Shown here piece by piece: positions 6,999-17,181 of a DNA stretch of 30,105 nt. This stretch comes from a virus (taxonomy: Duplodnaviria; Caudoviricetes): positions 1 to 30,105 of IMG/VR virus record IMGVR_UViG_3300016644_000028, one strand, 5' to 3'. The notes beneath the pieces were generated by a model, which saw only the letters and a list, made by a program, of their open reading frames with translations, ran no database searches and was not told the origin of the DNA. Position 1 is the first letter of the stretch. Each line of letters opens with the position of its first letter. The translations under genes were made by a program, and so were the position numbers.

Positions 6999-9625
6999 TA
7001 GGATTAAGTAAAGATATACAAATTGCTGTTGAAACTGTAATCGAAGGATTAGAGTATAGCACTGATATGTCTTTAATTGAACCTGATAAAGTCAAGACAA
7101 TAGTAAAAGCAAAAACAGATTCATTTAAGTACGGAAAAGAATTACTACTTAGGTGGTCTAACAGCGCTAACGCCCCTTCAGAGGAAGTTTTTAAAAAATA
7201 TGTAAAGAGATTAGTTAATGCTGGAGATATTGCTTTAAACGTGCTTAGAGAGGCTTTAAGGAGTACTATTAACTACGATGAACTTGACCCTTCTAAACAT
7301 CACCTTGCTATTTCTGTAAAACCATCTATTCATCAAGCTATTATTGAGATTGATTCTTCTTTAATAGAACTTAGAATGCAGATTGATGCCGACAAGATTA
7401 ATCTTAAGGATAATGAGTTCAAGAGAGGATATCCTGAAAAATTTGCTACAGGTGAATTCTTACCAAAGAAAGATTACTATAAAGAATGGTATGACGCAGA
7501 GAATGATTCTGTAATTATTGATCCTAAAGGTAGTAAAGGTGAGGTAATCAATGTTGGTGATTTAAAAATTACACTACCTAAAGTTCCATACAAAAAAGAT
7601 ATACTTTTCTGGAATGAGAAGAAAGAAAATCAATATTGGAGAAGACAAGAACCACCAACAGGTTTATCTCAAGATAATGCAGAAGCATACACTGAATATA
7701 TAATTGAAGAGTTTAGAAGAAGAAGAGAGGGTATTTGGTTTATGAATAATGGAAAACCTGAATACTTAACAGGAACTCATTACTTTGCTCTTAATTGGGT
7801 AAAAATGGAGGACACTGGTTCTTATATGGATTTTAGGGTAGCTCAAAGAGATATGTTTTATTTTACAGAAGCTTGTATTGTAGATCCTAGATGTCTAGGC
7901 GAATTATTTGTGAAATCAAGACGTACAGGTTTTACTTATCAGATTATATGCCAGTTACTTAATGACGCAACATCAACAGCTAATGCTCGTATTGGTATGA
8001 CATCTAAATCAGATGAAGATGCTAAGATGGCGTTCTCTAAATTAAGATATGGATATTTAAACCTACCATTTTTCTTTAAACCTATTGTAAAGGGTTCTGA
8101 GGATAGTAAGAACTTCTTAGAGTTTGCAAAACCAACCGATAGAAGTAAAACTGCTAAGAAAAATAAAGACACAAATACAGATGACTACCTAAACACCTTT
8201 ATAGATTATCAGCCTACAAAAGACGCTTCTTATGACGGACAGAGAATGTATAGGTATCTTGGCGATGAGGCTTCAAAATGGTCAAAACCTGCTAACTATG
8301 AAAAACACTGGGGTCAAGTATCTCCAACATTTGATACAGGAGGTAAAGTTGTTGGTAAGGCTTTTATTGGTAGTACAGTAAACGCAATGAATAAAGGTGG
8401 TGAAGAATTCTTCAAACTTTATAAAGCATCTAAGATTAACAAGAGGAACAATATTACAGGTCGCACACCTTCTGGTCTTTATTGTTACTTCCTTCCTGCT
8501 CATAAGAATATGGAGGAGTTTACAGACAAGTATGGTGTTTGCCACGAAATAGTTGAAAAAGGAGATTCATTTGTAAATGTTCACGGAGAAAAGAAAACAG
8601 TTGGTAGCGTTCAGTTCTTAGAAGCAAAAAGAAGCAGTAAAAGAAAAGAAAGTGATATCGCTTACAATGAGGAACTTAGGGCATTTCCAATGACAATTGA
8701 TGAGGCATTTAGAGATGAGTTGCTTCAGTCTACTTTTAACATAGAGAAAATATTAGAACAATTAAAAATAAATGAAGAACATGAAGCTGATAAAGCTTTA
8801 GTTCGAGGAAACTTTCAATGGAAAGATGGTATTAAGGATACTATTGTTGAATGGCATCCTAATGAAAAAGGAAGATTCTTAATATCTTGGATACCACCTG
8901 TAGAGATGCAGAACAGACACGAGTTAAGGAATGGTCCAGGAGGCATGTCTAAGTATCCATTGAATGACGATATAGGTGCTTTCGGATGCGATAGCTACGA
9001 TATATCAGGTACAGTTGAAGGAGTTAGAAAAGATGGGTCTTATGACCAAGATAATAATAGAGCTTCAAAAGGAGCTTTGCACGGATTAACAGGTTTTAGT
9101 TTTTCCAATGCACCAAACAATACGTTCTTTTTAGAATATGTAGCAAGACCACAGACAGCAGAAATTTTCTTTGAAGATGTTCTTATGGCGTGTGTATTTT
9201 ACGGAATGCCTATACTAGCAGAGAATAACAAGCCACGTTTGTTATATCATTTCAAGAATAGAGGATACAGAGGTTTCAGTATTACTCGTTTTGATAAAGC
9301 AGAGAATAGACTTTCTCCAGCTGAAAGAGAATTAGGAGGTATGCCTAACTCATCTGAGGATGTTAAACAAATGCATGCGACAGCTATAGAAAGTTGGATA
9401 GAGAAGTATGTTGGTCTTATAGGAGAAGATGGTGAAGTGCCACAGAATATGTTGTTTAATCATACACTAAATGATTGGAAGCATTTTGATGTGAATAATA
9501 GAACTAAATTTGATGCTGCGATTAGTTCTGGTTTAGCTATCATGGCTGTAAACAGAAAAATGTACACACCAGCTCAAAGACAAATAAAAGATGTTGTTAT
9601 TAATTTAAGGACCTATAATAAATAA
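6995..9625 (+). CDS. terL: terminase large subunit with N-terminal extension
   Basis: Walker A-like KSRRTGFT, Walker B YLGDEASKW, coupling motif GST, RNase H-like FGCDSYD and KFDAAISSG; directly upstream of portal. Confidence 0.92.
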   Translation: MIGLSKDIQIAVETVIEGLEYSTDMSLIEPDKVKTIVKAKTDSFKYGKELLLRWSNSANAPSEEVFKKYVKRLVNAGDIALNVLREALRSTINYDELDPSKHHLAISVKPSIHQAIIEIDSSLIELRMQIDADKINLKDNEFKRGYPEKFATGEFLPKKDYYKEWYDAENDSVIIDPKGSKGEVINVGDLKITLPKVPYKKDILFWNEKKENQYWRRQEPPTGLSQDNAEAYTEYIIEEFRRRREGIWFMNNGKPEYLTGTHYFALNWVKMEDTGSYMDFRVAQRDMFYFTEACIVDPRCLGELFVKSRRTGFTYQIICQLLNDATSTANARIGMTSKSDEDAKMAFSKLRYGYLNLPFFFKPIVKGSEDSKNFLEFAKPTDRSKTAKKNKDTNTDDYLNTFIDYQPTKDASYDGQRMYRYLGDEASKWSKPANYEKHWGQVSPTFDTGGKVVGKAFIGSTVNAMNKGGEEFFKLYKASKINKRNNITGRTPSGLYCYFLPAHKNMEEFTDKYGVCHEIVEKGDSFVNVHGEKKTVGSVQFLEAKRSSKRKESDIAYNEELRAFPMTIDEAFRDELLQSTFNIEKILEQLKINEEHEADKALVRGNFQWKDGIKDTIVEWHPNEKGRFLISWIPPVEMQNRHELRNGPGGMSKYPLNDDIGAFGCDSYDISGTVEGVRKDGSYDQDNNRASKGALHGLTGFSFSNAPNNTFFLEYVARPQTAEIFFEDVLMACVFYGMPILAENNKPRLLYHFKNRGYRGFSITRFDKAENRLSPAERELGGMPNSSEDVKQMHATAIESWIEKYVGLIGEDGEVPQNMLFNHTLNDWKHFDVNNRTKFDAAISSGLAIMAVNRKMYTPAQRQIKDVVINLRTYNK

Positions 9626-9627
9626 AT

Positions 9628-12069
9628 ATGTTAAGAAAGAAAATAGAAGGTGTTTCTATTACCTACAGGACTTTCCCAAGTCAAAATGTTCCGTTTGAGG
9701 TTCAAATGGGTAACGATTATGGATTGCAAGTTGGAGAGGCTATTCAATTTGAGTGGTTTAAGAGAAACGGAGCTACTTGTAAGTTCTACCAACAAAGAGA
9801 TGAGTTCAACAAGAGAAGAATGTACGCTAATGGTCTTCAAAGCACTGCTAAGTATAAAGAATTCTTTGCAGTAAATGGAGATATGTCGTTCTTAAATCTT
9901 GATTGGAAAATTGTTCCTGTAATACCAAAGTATGTAGATATACTTGCAAACGGTATGGCTCAAAGAGAATTCTCTATTAAGGCTATCGCTGTAGATCCTA
10001 CATCTGTAGAAGAAAAGGCTAATAAGAGAAAAAACCTTGAAGATGACATGATTGCTAAGGACTTCATATTAGCAGCTAAAGAAAAAACAGGATTTGAGTT
10101 ATCTTCAGTTCCAATTGACCAAATACCAGAAAGCAAAGAAGAGATTGATATTAAGATGGAGTTGGAATTTAAACCACCTATCGAACAAGCTGTTGAAGTA
10201 GCTGTTGAAGCAATCTTTAACGAGAATAATTACAACGAAGTAACAAGAAGAAGAATTGAGAGAGATATAATAGAATTAGGGGTTGGTTTTGGTAAACATA
10301 GATATGTACCTAATGACGGAATTAAACTTGAATATGTAAACCCAGCTAATCTAATTTGGTCATACACAGAAGACCCTACATTTTCTGATTGCTTTTACTT
10401 TGGAGAATATAAAAATACTAACCTTTCTGAGGTTTATAAAGAATTCCCTAACTTAACACAAGAACAAAAAGAAAGACTTCAAGGTATTTCGGCATCTTGG
10501 AATAACTATTACGAGTTAAATCTAAATAGTCAACCTAAAGAAGTTTTAGATGGGAAACTAGGATTGCTTTACTTCAGTTATAAAACATCTAGAGAAAAGG
10601 TTTGGAAAAAGAAAAAGAATTCTAAAGGTGGATTAAAAGTTATAGCAAAGAACAATGACTTTGTGTACAAAGGAACAGGTGATGCTGACTTTGAAAAACT
10701 TACGAAAGTAGAAGAAGTTTGGTTTGAAGGGATATTAGTTTTGGGTACAAGCATTTTATTGAAATGGGAAGTATCTAAAAATATGGTTAAGAAAAATTCT
10801 AACCTAAATAAGGTATATCCTAACTACGTAGGTATTGCTCCAAAAATGTATAAAGGATTTATTGACTCTACAGTTAATCGTATGATACCATTTGCTGATG
10901 ATATTCAGATGTCTTGGTTAAAACTACAACAAATCAAACAAAGAGTAGTTCCTGATGGTCAATACATTGATGTAGATGGATTAGTTGGCATTTCTTTAGG
11001 AAAAGGAAACAAGTACACTGTAGAAGACGCTTTAAATATGTACTTTCAGACAGGTTCTGTTTTAGGTAGAAGTTCAAGCGTAGGAGGTGAGTTTAATAAC
11101 GCTAAAGTTCCTATTCAAGAGATTAGACACTCATCAGGTCAAGATAAGATTACTTCTTTGTGGAATTCAATTCAGATTTCATTAGATATGATTGCTTCTG
11201 TAACTGGTATTAATCAAGCTATTGACGCAAGCAACCCTGACAAGAATAGCTTAGTTGGTATTCAAAAAATGGCAGCATATTCATCTAATGTAGCTACAAG
11301 ACATATATTAGAAGGAAGTATGTTTATCACAAGAGAGCTAGCTAAATGCATTACAATTAGAATTGCTGACGTACTTCAATTCTCCGAAAGTAAACAAGAC
11401 TTGATTACTAAGATTTCAGCTAATAATGTTTCTGCTTTAGACAAAATCAAGAATATGTATATTCACGACTTTGCAATTAATATAGACCTTGTTCCTGATG
11501 AAGAAGAGAGAGCTAAACTTGAAGCAGACATTTCTTTTGAGATACAACAAGGTAATCTTGGTGTTGAAGATAAGTATGCAATAATGAACATTAAGAATTT
11601 ATCTTTAGCTACAAAATACCTTATGATTAAGAAAGAAAAGAGAATGAAGGAAATGCAGGATAGAAAAATGCAAGAAATTCAAGCTCAGACTCAGGCAAAT
11701 ATTCAATCTACACAAGCAGCATCTCAAGGTAAAGCAGAGTTACTAAACTTTGAATATCAAGGCAAAGCAGGATTAGTAGAAGCTGAAAAACAAAAAGCTA
11801 TTGAAGTAATGATGGCTGAAGTTCAAGCCAAGAAGGAATTAATGGCGTTAGAGTTTCAATACGAAATGCAACTAAAAGGAATTGAGGTAGAAGGTATGAA
11901 AGGCAAAGAAACAATGAAAGAAGATAGAAAAGATGAAAGAACAAAGTTACAAGCTACACAACAATCAAAGTTAATTGAGCAACGTAAAAAAGATCTTCCA
12001 TCTATAAATTTTGAAAGTACAAATGATAGCCTTGATGCGTTCTCTTTGTCAGAATTTGAGCCACGATAA
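9628..12069 (+). CDS. portal protein
   Basis: 813 aa after TerL; LNLDWKIVPVIPKYVDILANG motif; long C-terminal coiled-coil as in P22/crAss-type portals. Confidence 0.85.
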   Translation: MLRKKIEGVSITYRTFPSQNVPFEVQMGNDYGLQVGEAIQFEWFKRNGATCKFYQQRDEFNKRRMYANGLQSTAKYKEFFAVNGDMSFLNLDWKIVPVIPKYVDILANGMAQREFSIKAIAVDPTSVEEKANKRKNLEDDMIAKDFILAAKEKTGFELSSVPIDQIPESKEEIDIKMELEFKPPIEQAVEVAVEAIFNENNYNEVTRRRIERDIIELGVGFGKHRYVPNDGIKLEYVNPANLIWSYTEDPTFSDCFYFGEYKNTNLSEVYKEFPNLTQEQKERLQGISASWNNYYELNLNSQPKEVLDGKLGLLYFSYKTSREKVWKKKKNSKGGLKVIAKNNDFVYKGTGDADFEKLTKVEEVWFEGILVLGTSILLKWEVSKNMVKKNSNLNKVYPNYVGIAPKMYKGFIDSTVNRMIPFADDIQMSWLKLQQIKQRVVPDGQYIDVDGLVGISLGKGNKYTVEDALNMYFQTGSVLGRSSSVGGEFNNAKVPIQEIRHSSGQDKITSLWNSIQISLDMIASVTGINQAIDASNPDKNSLVGIQKMAAYSSNVATRHILEGSMFITRELAKCITIRIADVLQFSESKQDLITKISANNVSALDKIKNMYIHDFAINIDLVPDEEERAKLEADISFEIQQGNLGVEDKYAIMNIKNLSLATKYLMIKKEKRMKEMQDRKMQEIQAQTQANIQSTQAASQGKAELLNFEYQGKAGLVEAEKQKAIEVMMAEVQAKKELMALEFQYEMQLKGIEVEGMKGKETMKEDRKDERTKLQATQQSKLIEQRKKDLPSINFESTNDSLDAFSLSEFEPR

Positions 12070-12087
12070 ATAAAACTTATTATTTTG

Positions 12088-12097
12088 TAATTTTGCA
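12088..12097 (+). promoter_or_regulatory. Bacteroidota -7 promoter element
   Basis: TAATTTTGCA in portal-scaffold intergenic gap. Confidence 0.7.
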
Positions 12098-12125
12098 TCA
12101 AATATTTTAATTAAATCAAATAGAT

Positions 12126-13157
12126 ATGTATAAACTAAAAATTGAAGGAGATTCAGTTGTTCAACCTAACGAAGAGTTCAGTAACAATGAACAGGTATCT
12201 GAAGTGAACAATGATGTACAACAAGAAGAAACAGAAGATGCTCAGACAGATGTTGTTGCAGAAGAAGAGGAACAGGAATCTCAAAGCGTTCTTAAATTTA
12301 ATAGCGAAGACGAAGTATTAGAATATCTTAAATCAAAAGAGGAATTATTATCTAAGGTAGTCATCCCTAAACAAGAAGTAGATCTTCCCGAAGATGTAAA
12401 GAAATATTTAGAATTCAAATCAGAGACAGGAAGAGGTTTTTCTGATTTCCAAGAATACCAAAAAGACTTTACAACTATAGACGAGCAAGACTTAGTTAGA
12501 ATGTATCTTAAAGATAAGAATCCTGAGTTTGATGCTGACGAGATTCAAGATGAATTCTTAGAAGCATTTGCTTATGATGAAGATATTGATGACGAAAAAG
12601 ATATTAAGAAAAAAATACGTGCATTTAAAAAGGCTCACGCTGATGCATTAGAATACTTTAATTCTCAAAAGGAAAAGTATGCTGTTCCAATGACGGTGTC
12701 AAGTGATACAGTTATTCCTCAAGAGTACCAAGAATCTAAAGCTTATGTAGAAAGCCTTAAAGCACAACAAGAGATTGCAGCAAAACAATCTGAAGTATTT
12801 TTGAGTGAGACAGATAAATTATTTAACAATGAATTCAAAGGTTTTGAATTTAAAATTGGAGATGAAGTTATCAGTCATAAACCTTCAAATGTACAAGCAG
12901 TAAAAGAAGCTCAATCAAATGTAATGACGTTCTTCAGTAAGTTCTTAGATGAGAATGGTTTTATTAAAGACCCTGAAGGATACCATAAAGCCCTTTATGT
13001 AGCAATGAATTACGATTCAATCTTATCTAATGTTTATGAAACAGCGAAAGCTAAAGCAATAGAAGACGAAGTAAAGAATAGTAAGAATATTGATATGAAA
13101 GGAATTAGAACTGCCCCAGAAGGCATTAACTCTGGACTAAAATTTAAAATTGTATAA
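12126..13157 (+). CDS. putative capsid scaffolding protein
   Basis: Highly acidic N-terminus, helical, between portal and capsid genes. Confidence 0.7.
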   Translation: MYKLKIEGDSVVQPNEEFSNNEQVSEVNNDVQQEETEDAQTDVVAEEEEQESQSVLKFNSEDEVLEYLKSKEELLSKVVIPKQEVDLPEDVKKYLEFKSETGRGFSDFQEYQKDFTTIDEQDLVRMYLKDKNPEFDADEIQDEFLEAFAYDEDIDDEKDIKKKIRAFKKAHADALEYFNSQKEKYAVPMTVSSDTVIPQEYQESKAYVESLKAQQEIAAKQSEVFLSETDKLFNNEFKGFEFKIGDEVISHKPSNVQAVKEAQSNVMTFFSKFLDENGFIKDPEGYHKALYVAMNYDSILSNVYETAKAKAIEDEVKNSKNIDMKGIRTAPEGINSGLKFKIV

Positions 13158-13176
13158 AAAACTTAAAACCTAGAAA

Positions 13177-14535
13177 ATGGCATTATTAACAAATCCAGGC
13201 ATTAAATTAACGCCTACTGCGACAAAAGAGATTTTGTCTACAAACTATTTTGAAGCTGCTGACTTCGATTTCACAAATCAGCACTTACCTGAATTATACG
13301 AGAAAGAATTTGCTCGTTACGGTAATCAATCTATCAAAGGATTCTTAGAGAAAATGGGTCAAGAGATGCCTATTCAATCTGACTTAATTAAATGGTCTGA
13401 AGAAGGTCGTTTAAGACCAGTTGGTACAGGTGTTACTCGTGTTGCTGCTGTATTCACATTAGCAGGTCACTCTTTCCGTAAAAATGATACAGTTATCTTA
13501 AATGATGGTACTGTTGAAATGAAAGGTTTGGTTACTGCTGTTACTACTGATACTTTCACTGTTGCTGCTGCAACTGCTGCTGGTTTTGGTACTGCTGGAC
13601 AACCAGGTGCTTTAGCTGCTACAGGAATCAACGTTTTCACTTACTCTAACGAGTACAGAAAAGGAACTAATGGTCGTGAGGAGTCTTTAGAAGCTCAACC
13701 AGACATCTTCGAAAACAAGCCAATCATTATCAAAGAGTTAGATGAAGTTAATGGTTCTGATATGACTCAAGTTGGTTGGATTCAAGTTGAAGGAGAAAAC
13801 GGATTAGGTTACTTATGGTACTTAAAATCAAGAGCACAATCTCGTCAAAGATTCGATGACTACATTGAAATGGGTATGATTGAAGGTGTTTCTTACGAGT
13901 CTGGTTCTGCTGCTGCAACTGCTGGATATACAGGTACTGAAGGTTTCTTCGAAGCTGTAGCTCAAGGAAACGTATTCTCTGGTATTATCTCTACTATGGA
14001 TGATATTGATGAAATCTTATCTCGTTTAAACAAACAAGGTGCTATTTCTGAGTACATTATGATGAGTGACTTCGAGCAAGATAGAGCAATTGATTATTTG
14101 TTAGCTGCTCAAAACTCTTACGGTGTAGGTGGAACTTCTTACGGAGCTTTCAACAACAGCGAAGATATGGCTTTAAACTTAGGATTCACAGGATTCAAAG
14201 TAGCTGGTTATGAGTTGTACAAATCTCAGTGGAAATACTTAGACGACCCAACAGCTCGTGGTTTATTTGAAGGAAACCAAGCTATTAACGCTGTAATGTG
14301 TCCATCAGGTACTAAAACTGTAAGAGACGAAGTATTAGGAGCTAATGCTACTTTACCTTTCTTACACGTTAAATACCGTAAATCTGCTTCTGAAGACAGA
14401 CGTTATAAAGTGTGGCAAACAGGTTCAGCAGGTGGTGCAAACACTTCTGACTTAGATGCTAATCAACTTCACATGTTGTCAGAGAGAGCCCTATGTGTTA
14501 TGTCGAGAAATAACTTTGTGTTAGTCAGAGGATAA
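13177..14535 (+). CDS. major capsid protein
   Basis: 452 aa; QHLPELYEKEFARYGN...SDLIKWSEEGRL and LSERALCV..NNF motifs; very strong high-expression codon bias; followed by a terminator. Confidence 0.88.
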   Translation: MALLTNPGIKLTPTATKEILSTNYFEAADFDFTNQHLPELYEKEFARYGNQSIKGFLEKMGQEMPIQSDLIKWSEEGRLRPVGTGVTRVAAVFTLAGHSFRKNDTVILNDGTVEMKGLVTAVTTDTFTVAAATAAGFGTAGQPGALAATGINVFTYSNEYRKGTNGREESLEAQPDIFENKPIIIKELDEVNGSDMTQVGWIQVEGENGLGYLWYLKSRAQSRQRFDDYIEMGMIEGVSYESGSAAATAGYTGTEGFFEAVAQGNVFSGIISTMDDIDEILSRLNKQGAISEYIMMSDFEQDRAIDYLLAAQNSYGVGGTSYGAFNNSEDMALNLGFTGFKVAGYELYKSQWKYLDDPTARGLFEGNQAINAVMCPSGTKTVRDEVLGANATLPFLHVKYRKSASEDRRYKVWQTGSAGGANTSDLDANQLHMLSERALCVMSRNNFVLVRG

Positions 14536-14567
14536 GCATTAGTTACTTAAAGTATTTCTTTAAATAG

Positions 14568-14595
14568 AAGGAGGGATTTATTTCCCTCCTTTTTT
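14568..14595 (+). terminator. intrinsic terminator after capsid gene
   Basis: Stem AAGGAGGGA (14568-14576) / TCCCTCCTT (14583-14591), 6-nt loop, T tract. Confidence 0.85.
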
Positions 14596-15501
14596 ATTAT
14601 AATCTGTCAAGAACATAAAATTTGTTTTATTCTTGTGCTTTCCATTTAATTTACCAGAAAGCCAAACCCTATCCTTGCCTATGCTTTTTGCCGCATCAGT
14701 AATTGTGTAAAAAACCTCATTTGTCTCTATATTTATAACTTTCTTACTTATATGATTATTACTACCTTTATTTCTCTCTACTAGAGCCATAATAGCTTTT
14801 TCTGAAGGCTTTCTTCCTTTTCCAGACTCAGATATTTTTCTTTTTGTTTCTTCGGATACGATTCTATTTTTTCTTTCATTTTTTAATTTTTCTTGAACAA
14901 ATTTTATTTTCTCTATCCTTTCCTTTTCTAAAACTTCTATACCTTTTTCTAAATAATCTTTGTAGTAAAAGAAGTCAGAATGATTACAGCTTTTTCCATT
15001 CAAATTATTTCTTAATGTATGTCTACTTATTCCGTATTTTTCAGCAGCTTCCATTATTGAACCAAAAACCTCAAGAGTTATTCTGTTAATGACTTTTGAA
15101 CTATTAGGGTTTCCACTACCTTTAAATATTTTAGAAAACATTTTTTTTCTTTCTTCTGGAACAACTCTTTTTTTAGCCAATTCTCTCAAAACAGATTTAC
15201 CTTCTTCGCTCATATTAACAACACCTTCTCCACCGTCAGTAAGATTACAAAGAGTGCCATTATTTTGGTCTCTTCTTCCGTATAGTTGTATAAACTCTAT
15301 TTCTTTTTTAATAGCCTCTTCTTTAGATATGTTGTCGAAAAGTATTTCTATTTCATAATTGGTTTTGTCTACTATTCTTTTCCAGTACCTATTTCTATTT
15401 TTACTATTTGCTCTTACATACTTTCCTTTATCATCAGTTCCAATACCAATATAAAATACTTCGTTTTTATCTTCTCGTATATGTCTATAAACGTACGCCA
15501 T
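14578..15501 (-). mobile_element. free-standing GIY-YIG homing endonuclease gene with NUMOD3/NUMOD1-type DNA-binding modules
   Basis: YVYRH...FYIGIG, R and E(K)E..I, NLTDGGEG; SEETKRKISES (NUMOD3-like); two KVIN..T.EVF.(S/T)I..AA modules; only convincing minus-strand gene. Confidence 0.88.
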
Positions 15502-15515
15502 GATTTATTTTTTTA

Positions 15516-15523
15516 CAAATATA
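15516..15523 (-). promoter_or_regulatory. -7 promoter element for the endonuclease
   Basis: Minus strand TATATTTG 14 nt upstream of the ATG at 15501, followed by an A-rich leader. Confidence 0.6.
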
Positions 15524-15572
15524 TGCAATTACTTCTAAACGAAATGTTAAAATTACAACTTATTTTATTTCG

Positions 15573-15582
15573 TACCTTTGCA
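15573..15582 (+). promoter_or_regulatory. Bacteroidota -7 promoter element
   Basis: TACCTTTGCA before 15607. Confidence 0.72.
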
Positions 15583-15606
15583 GAAATAATTTTAATCTAA
15601 TTTAAT

Positions 15607-16362
15607 ATGGCTACAAAAACAAAAACTAAAGTGTTGCAAGACACAGACAAAGACAAGACTTATGTCTTATTGGCAAAGAATCCGCCAATGCAATTATTCC
15701 TAAGAAACCGACACAAAAAAGGGTCTCCATTGCAGTACTATGATGAAGGAGAAAAAATCTTAAGAAGTTTATGTTACTCTACAAATCAGTTGTCAATCTT
15801 TGAAGACGAGCAAACAGGAGATGTAATCTTAGGAGCTATCATTTTTAAGAATGGTAAACTTACAGTTCCAAGAACAAATCCACAGTTACAGAAATTCTTA
15901 GAACTTACACCTGATAATGGTATTGTATTTGAAGAATTTAAACCAGATGAAATTGCTGAAAAAGAATTAAGTTCTATTGAGCTTGAAATGGAATCATTGA
16001 ATGTTGCCATGAATTTATCTACATCAGAATTAGAGAGTATTGCTCTTGCTATTTACGGAAGTAAAGCATTAGACAAAAAATCTACTGAGGTTAAGAGAGA
16101 TATTTTCTTATACGCAAAATCAAACCCACAAAGCTTCTTAAAATTAGCTTCTGATGATTTAACTAAGATTAAAGGATTAGCTGTTAGAGCTACTGAATTA
16201 GGTCTTGCTCAATACAAAGGAAACGCATTCTTTAATGGTGAAACATTGTTATGTAAAGTACCATTTGATGAGAGTGACAAATTTAATACTCTTGCAAGAT
16301 GGATGAATGATACTGAAGACGGAAAAGCATTTGTTAAGTACGTTCAAAGTAAATTAAAATAG
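15607..16362 (+). CDS. hypothetical protein (capsid-downstream, possibly virion/cargo)
   Basis: 251-aa ORF with own promoter and terminator. Confidence 0.75.
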   Translation: MATKTKTKVLQDTDKDKTYVLLAKNPPMQLFLRNRHKKGSPLQYYDEGEKILRSLCYSTNQLSIFEDEQTGDVILGAIIFKNGKLTVPRTNPQLQKFLELTPDNGIVFEEFKPDEIAEKELSSIELEMESLNVAMNLSTSELESIALAIYGSKALDKKSTEVKRDIFLYAKSNPQSFLKLASDDLTKIKGLAVRATELGLAQYKGNAFFNGETLLCKVPFDESDKFNTLARWMNDTEDGKAFVKYVQSKLK

Positions 16363-16381
16363 TTTTCACTTCAAGTATAAG

Positions 16382-16410
16382 AAAGGAGAGGTTAATACCT
16401 CTCTTTTTTT
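16382..16410 (+). terminator. intrinsic terminator
   Basis: GAGAGGT-TAAT-ACCTCTC hairpin (16386-16403) followed by T7. Confidence 0.82.
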
Positions 16411-16416
16411 ATTTCG

Positions 16417-16426
16417 TATCTTTGCA
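16417..16426 (+). promoter_or_regulatory. Bacteroidota -7 promoter element
   Basis: TATCTTTGCA immediately after the terminator, before 16444. Confidence 0.72.
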
Positions 16427-16443
16427 AATAAAATTGTAAGCAA

Positions 16444-17172
16444 ATGATTAATCAGGTATATACTACGGTATTATCAATACTAAACAAAGATAATAGGGGT
16501 TATGTTTCTCCTATGGAATTCAATACCTATGCAGAACTTTCTCAAATGGTTATATTCGAAGAGTTGTTCCACAAGTATGCTAAATCTTTAGCTAAGCAGA
16601 ACGCAAGAATGTATCACTCCGAATTCTCAGATATACCAAAACATATTAGAGAGGTTTTTGATGTATTTACTTCTGAAGCCGACTTATTCTTAGATACTTT
16701 GAACCAAGAATATTCATACACAGTTACAGACTTTTATAAAGGGATTAAAGTAGAATTATTACCTACAAGTGGGATTTTAGATTACGCAGGAAGAACTGAA
16801 GTTGAGGAAGTAAGTAAGTTAGAAATAAATAGAATACTTAATAACAATTTGGTATCTCCAAGCCCTGAATACCCAGTGTATATAAGACTTAGTAATAAGT
16901 ACAAAATATTCCCTTACAACCCTTCTGTTAAAGCTAGATGTACTTATATTAGAAAACCTAAAACACCAAAATGGACTTATGTTCAAGCGGGTAACAGCCC
17001 TTTATTCAACCCTTCAGCTAGTGATTATCAAGATTTTGAATTGCCTTTACAATTCTTTTCTGATTTGGTTATAAAAATATTAGGGTATTGTGGTGTTGAA
17101 ATTAGAGAAGCAGATGTAGTTCAAATTAGTCAAGCATTGGAATCTTCAGGAGTTAATAACGAACAATTATAA
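16444..17172 (+). CDS. putative head-tail adaptor / ring protein
   Basis: LNKDNRGY..P.EFN, YIRKPKTPKW, DFELP motifs and position match podovirus ring/adaptor proteins. Confidence 0.65.
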   Translation: MINQVYTTVLSILNKDNRGYVSPMEFNTYAELSQMVIFEELFHKYAKSLAKQNARMYHSEFSDIPKHIREVFDVFTSEADLFLDTLNQEYSYTVTDFYKGIKVELLPTSGILDYAGRTEVEEVSKLEINRILNNNLVSPSPEYPVYIRLSNKYKIFPYNPSVKARCTYIRKPKTPKWTYVQAGNSPLFNPSASDYQDFELPLQFFSDLVIKILGYCGVEIREADVVQISQALESSGVNNEQL

Positions 17173-17181
17173 AAATAAAAT

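Noticed and set aside
9650-9874. 74-aa alternative-frame ORF inside the portal gene
   Set aside because: Non-ATG start, no recognisable pattern, portal codon usage looks normal; likely a shadow ORF.
14844-15600. Three + strand ORFs opposite the endonuclease
   Set aside because: F/L/S-rich antisense shadows of a Lys-rich minus-strand gene that has clear motifs.
14536-15606. Group I intron or intein hosting the endonuclease
   Set aside because: Capsid gene ends intact with stop and terminator, the endonuclease is antisense and intergenic, and no intein or intron motifs were seen in capsid, TerL or portal.
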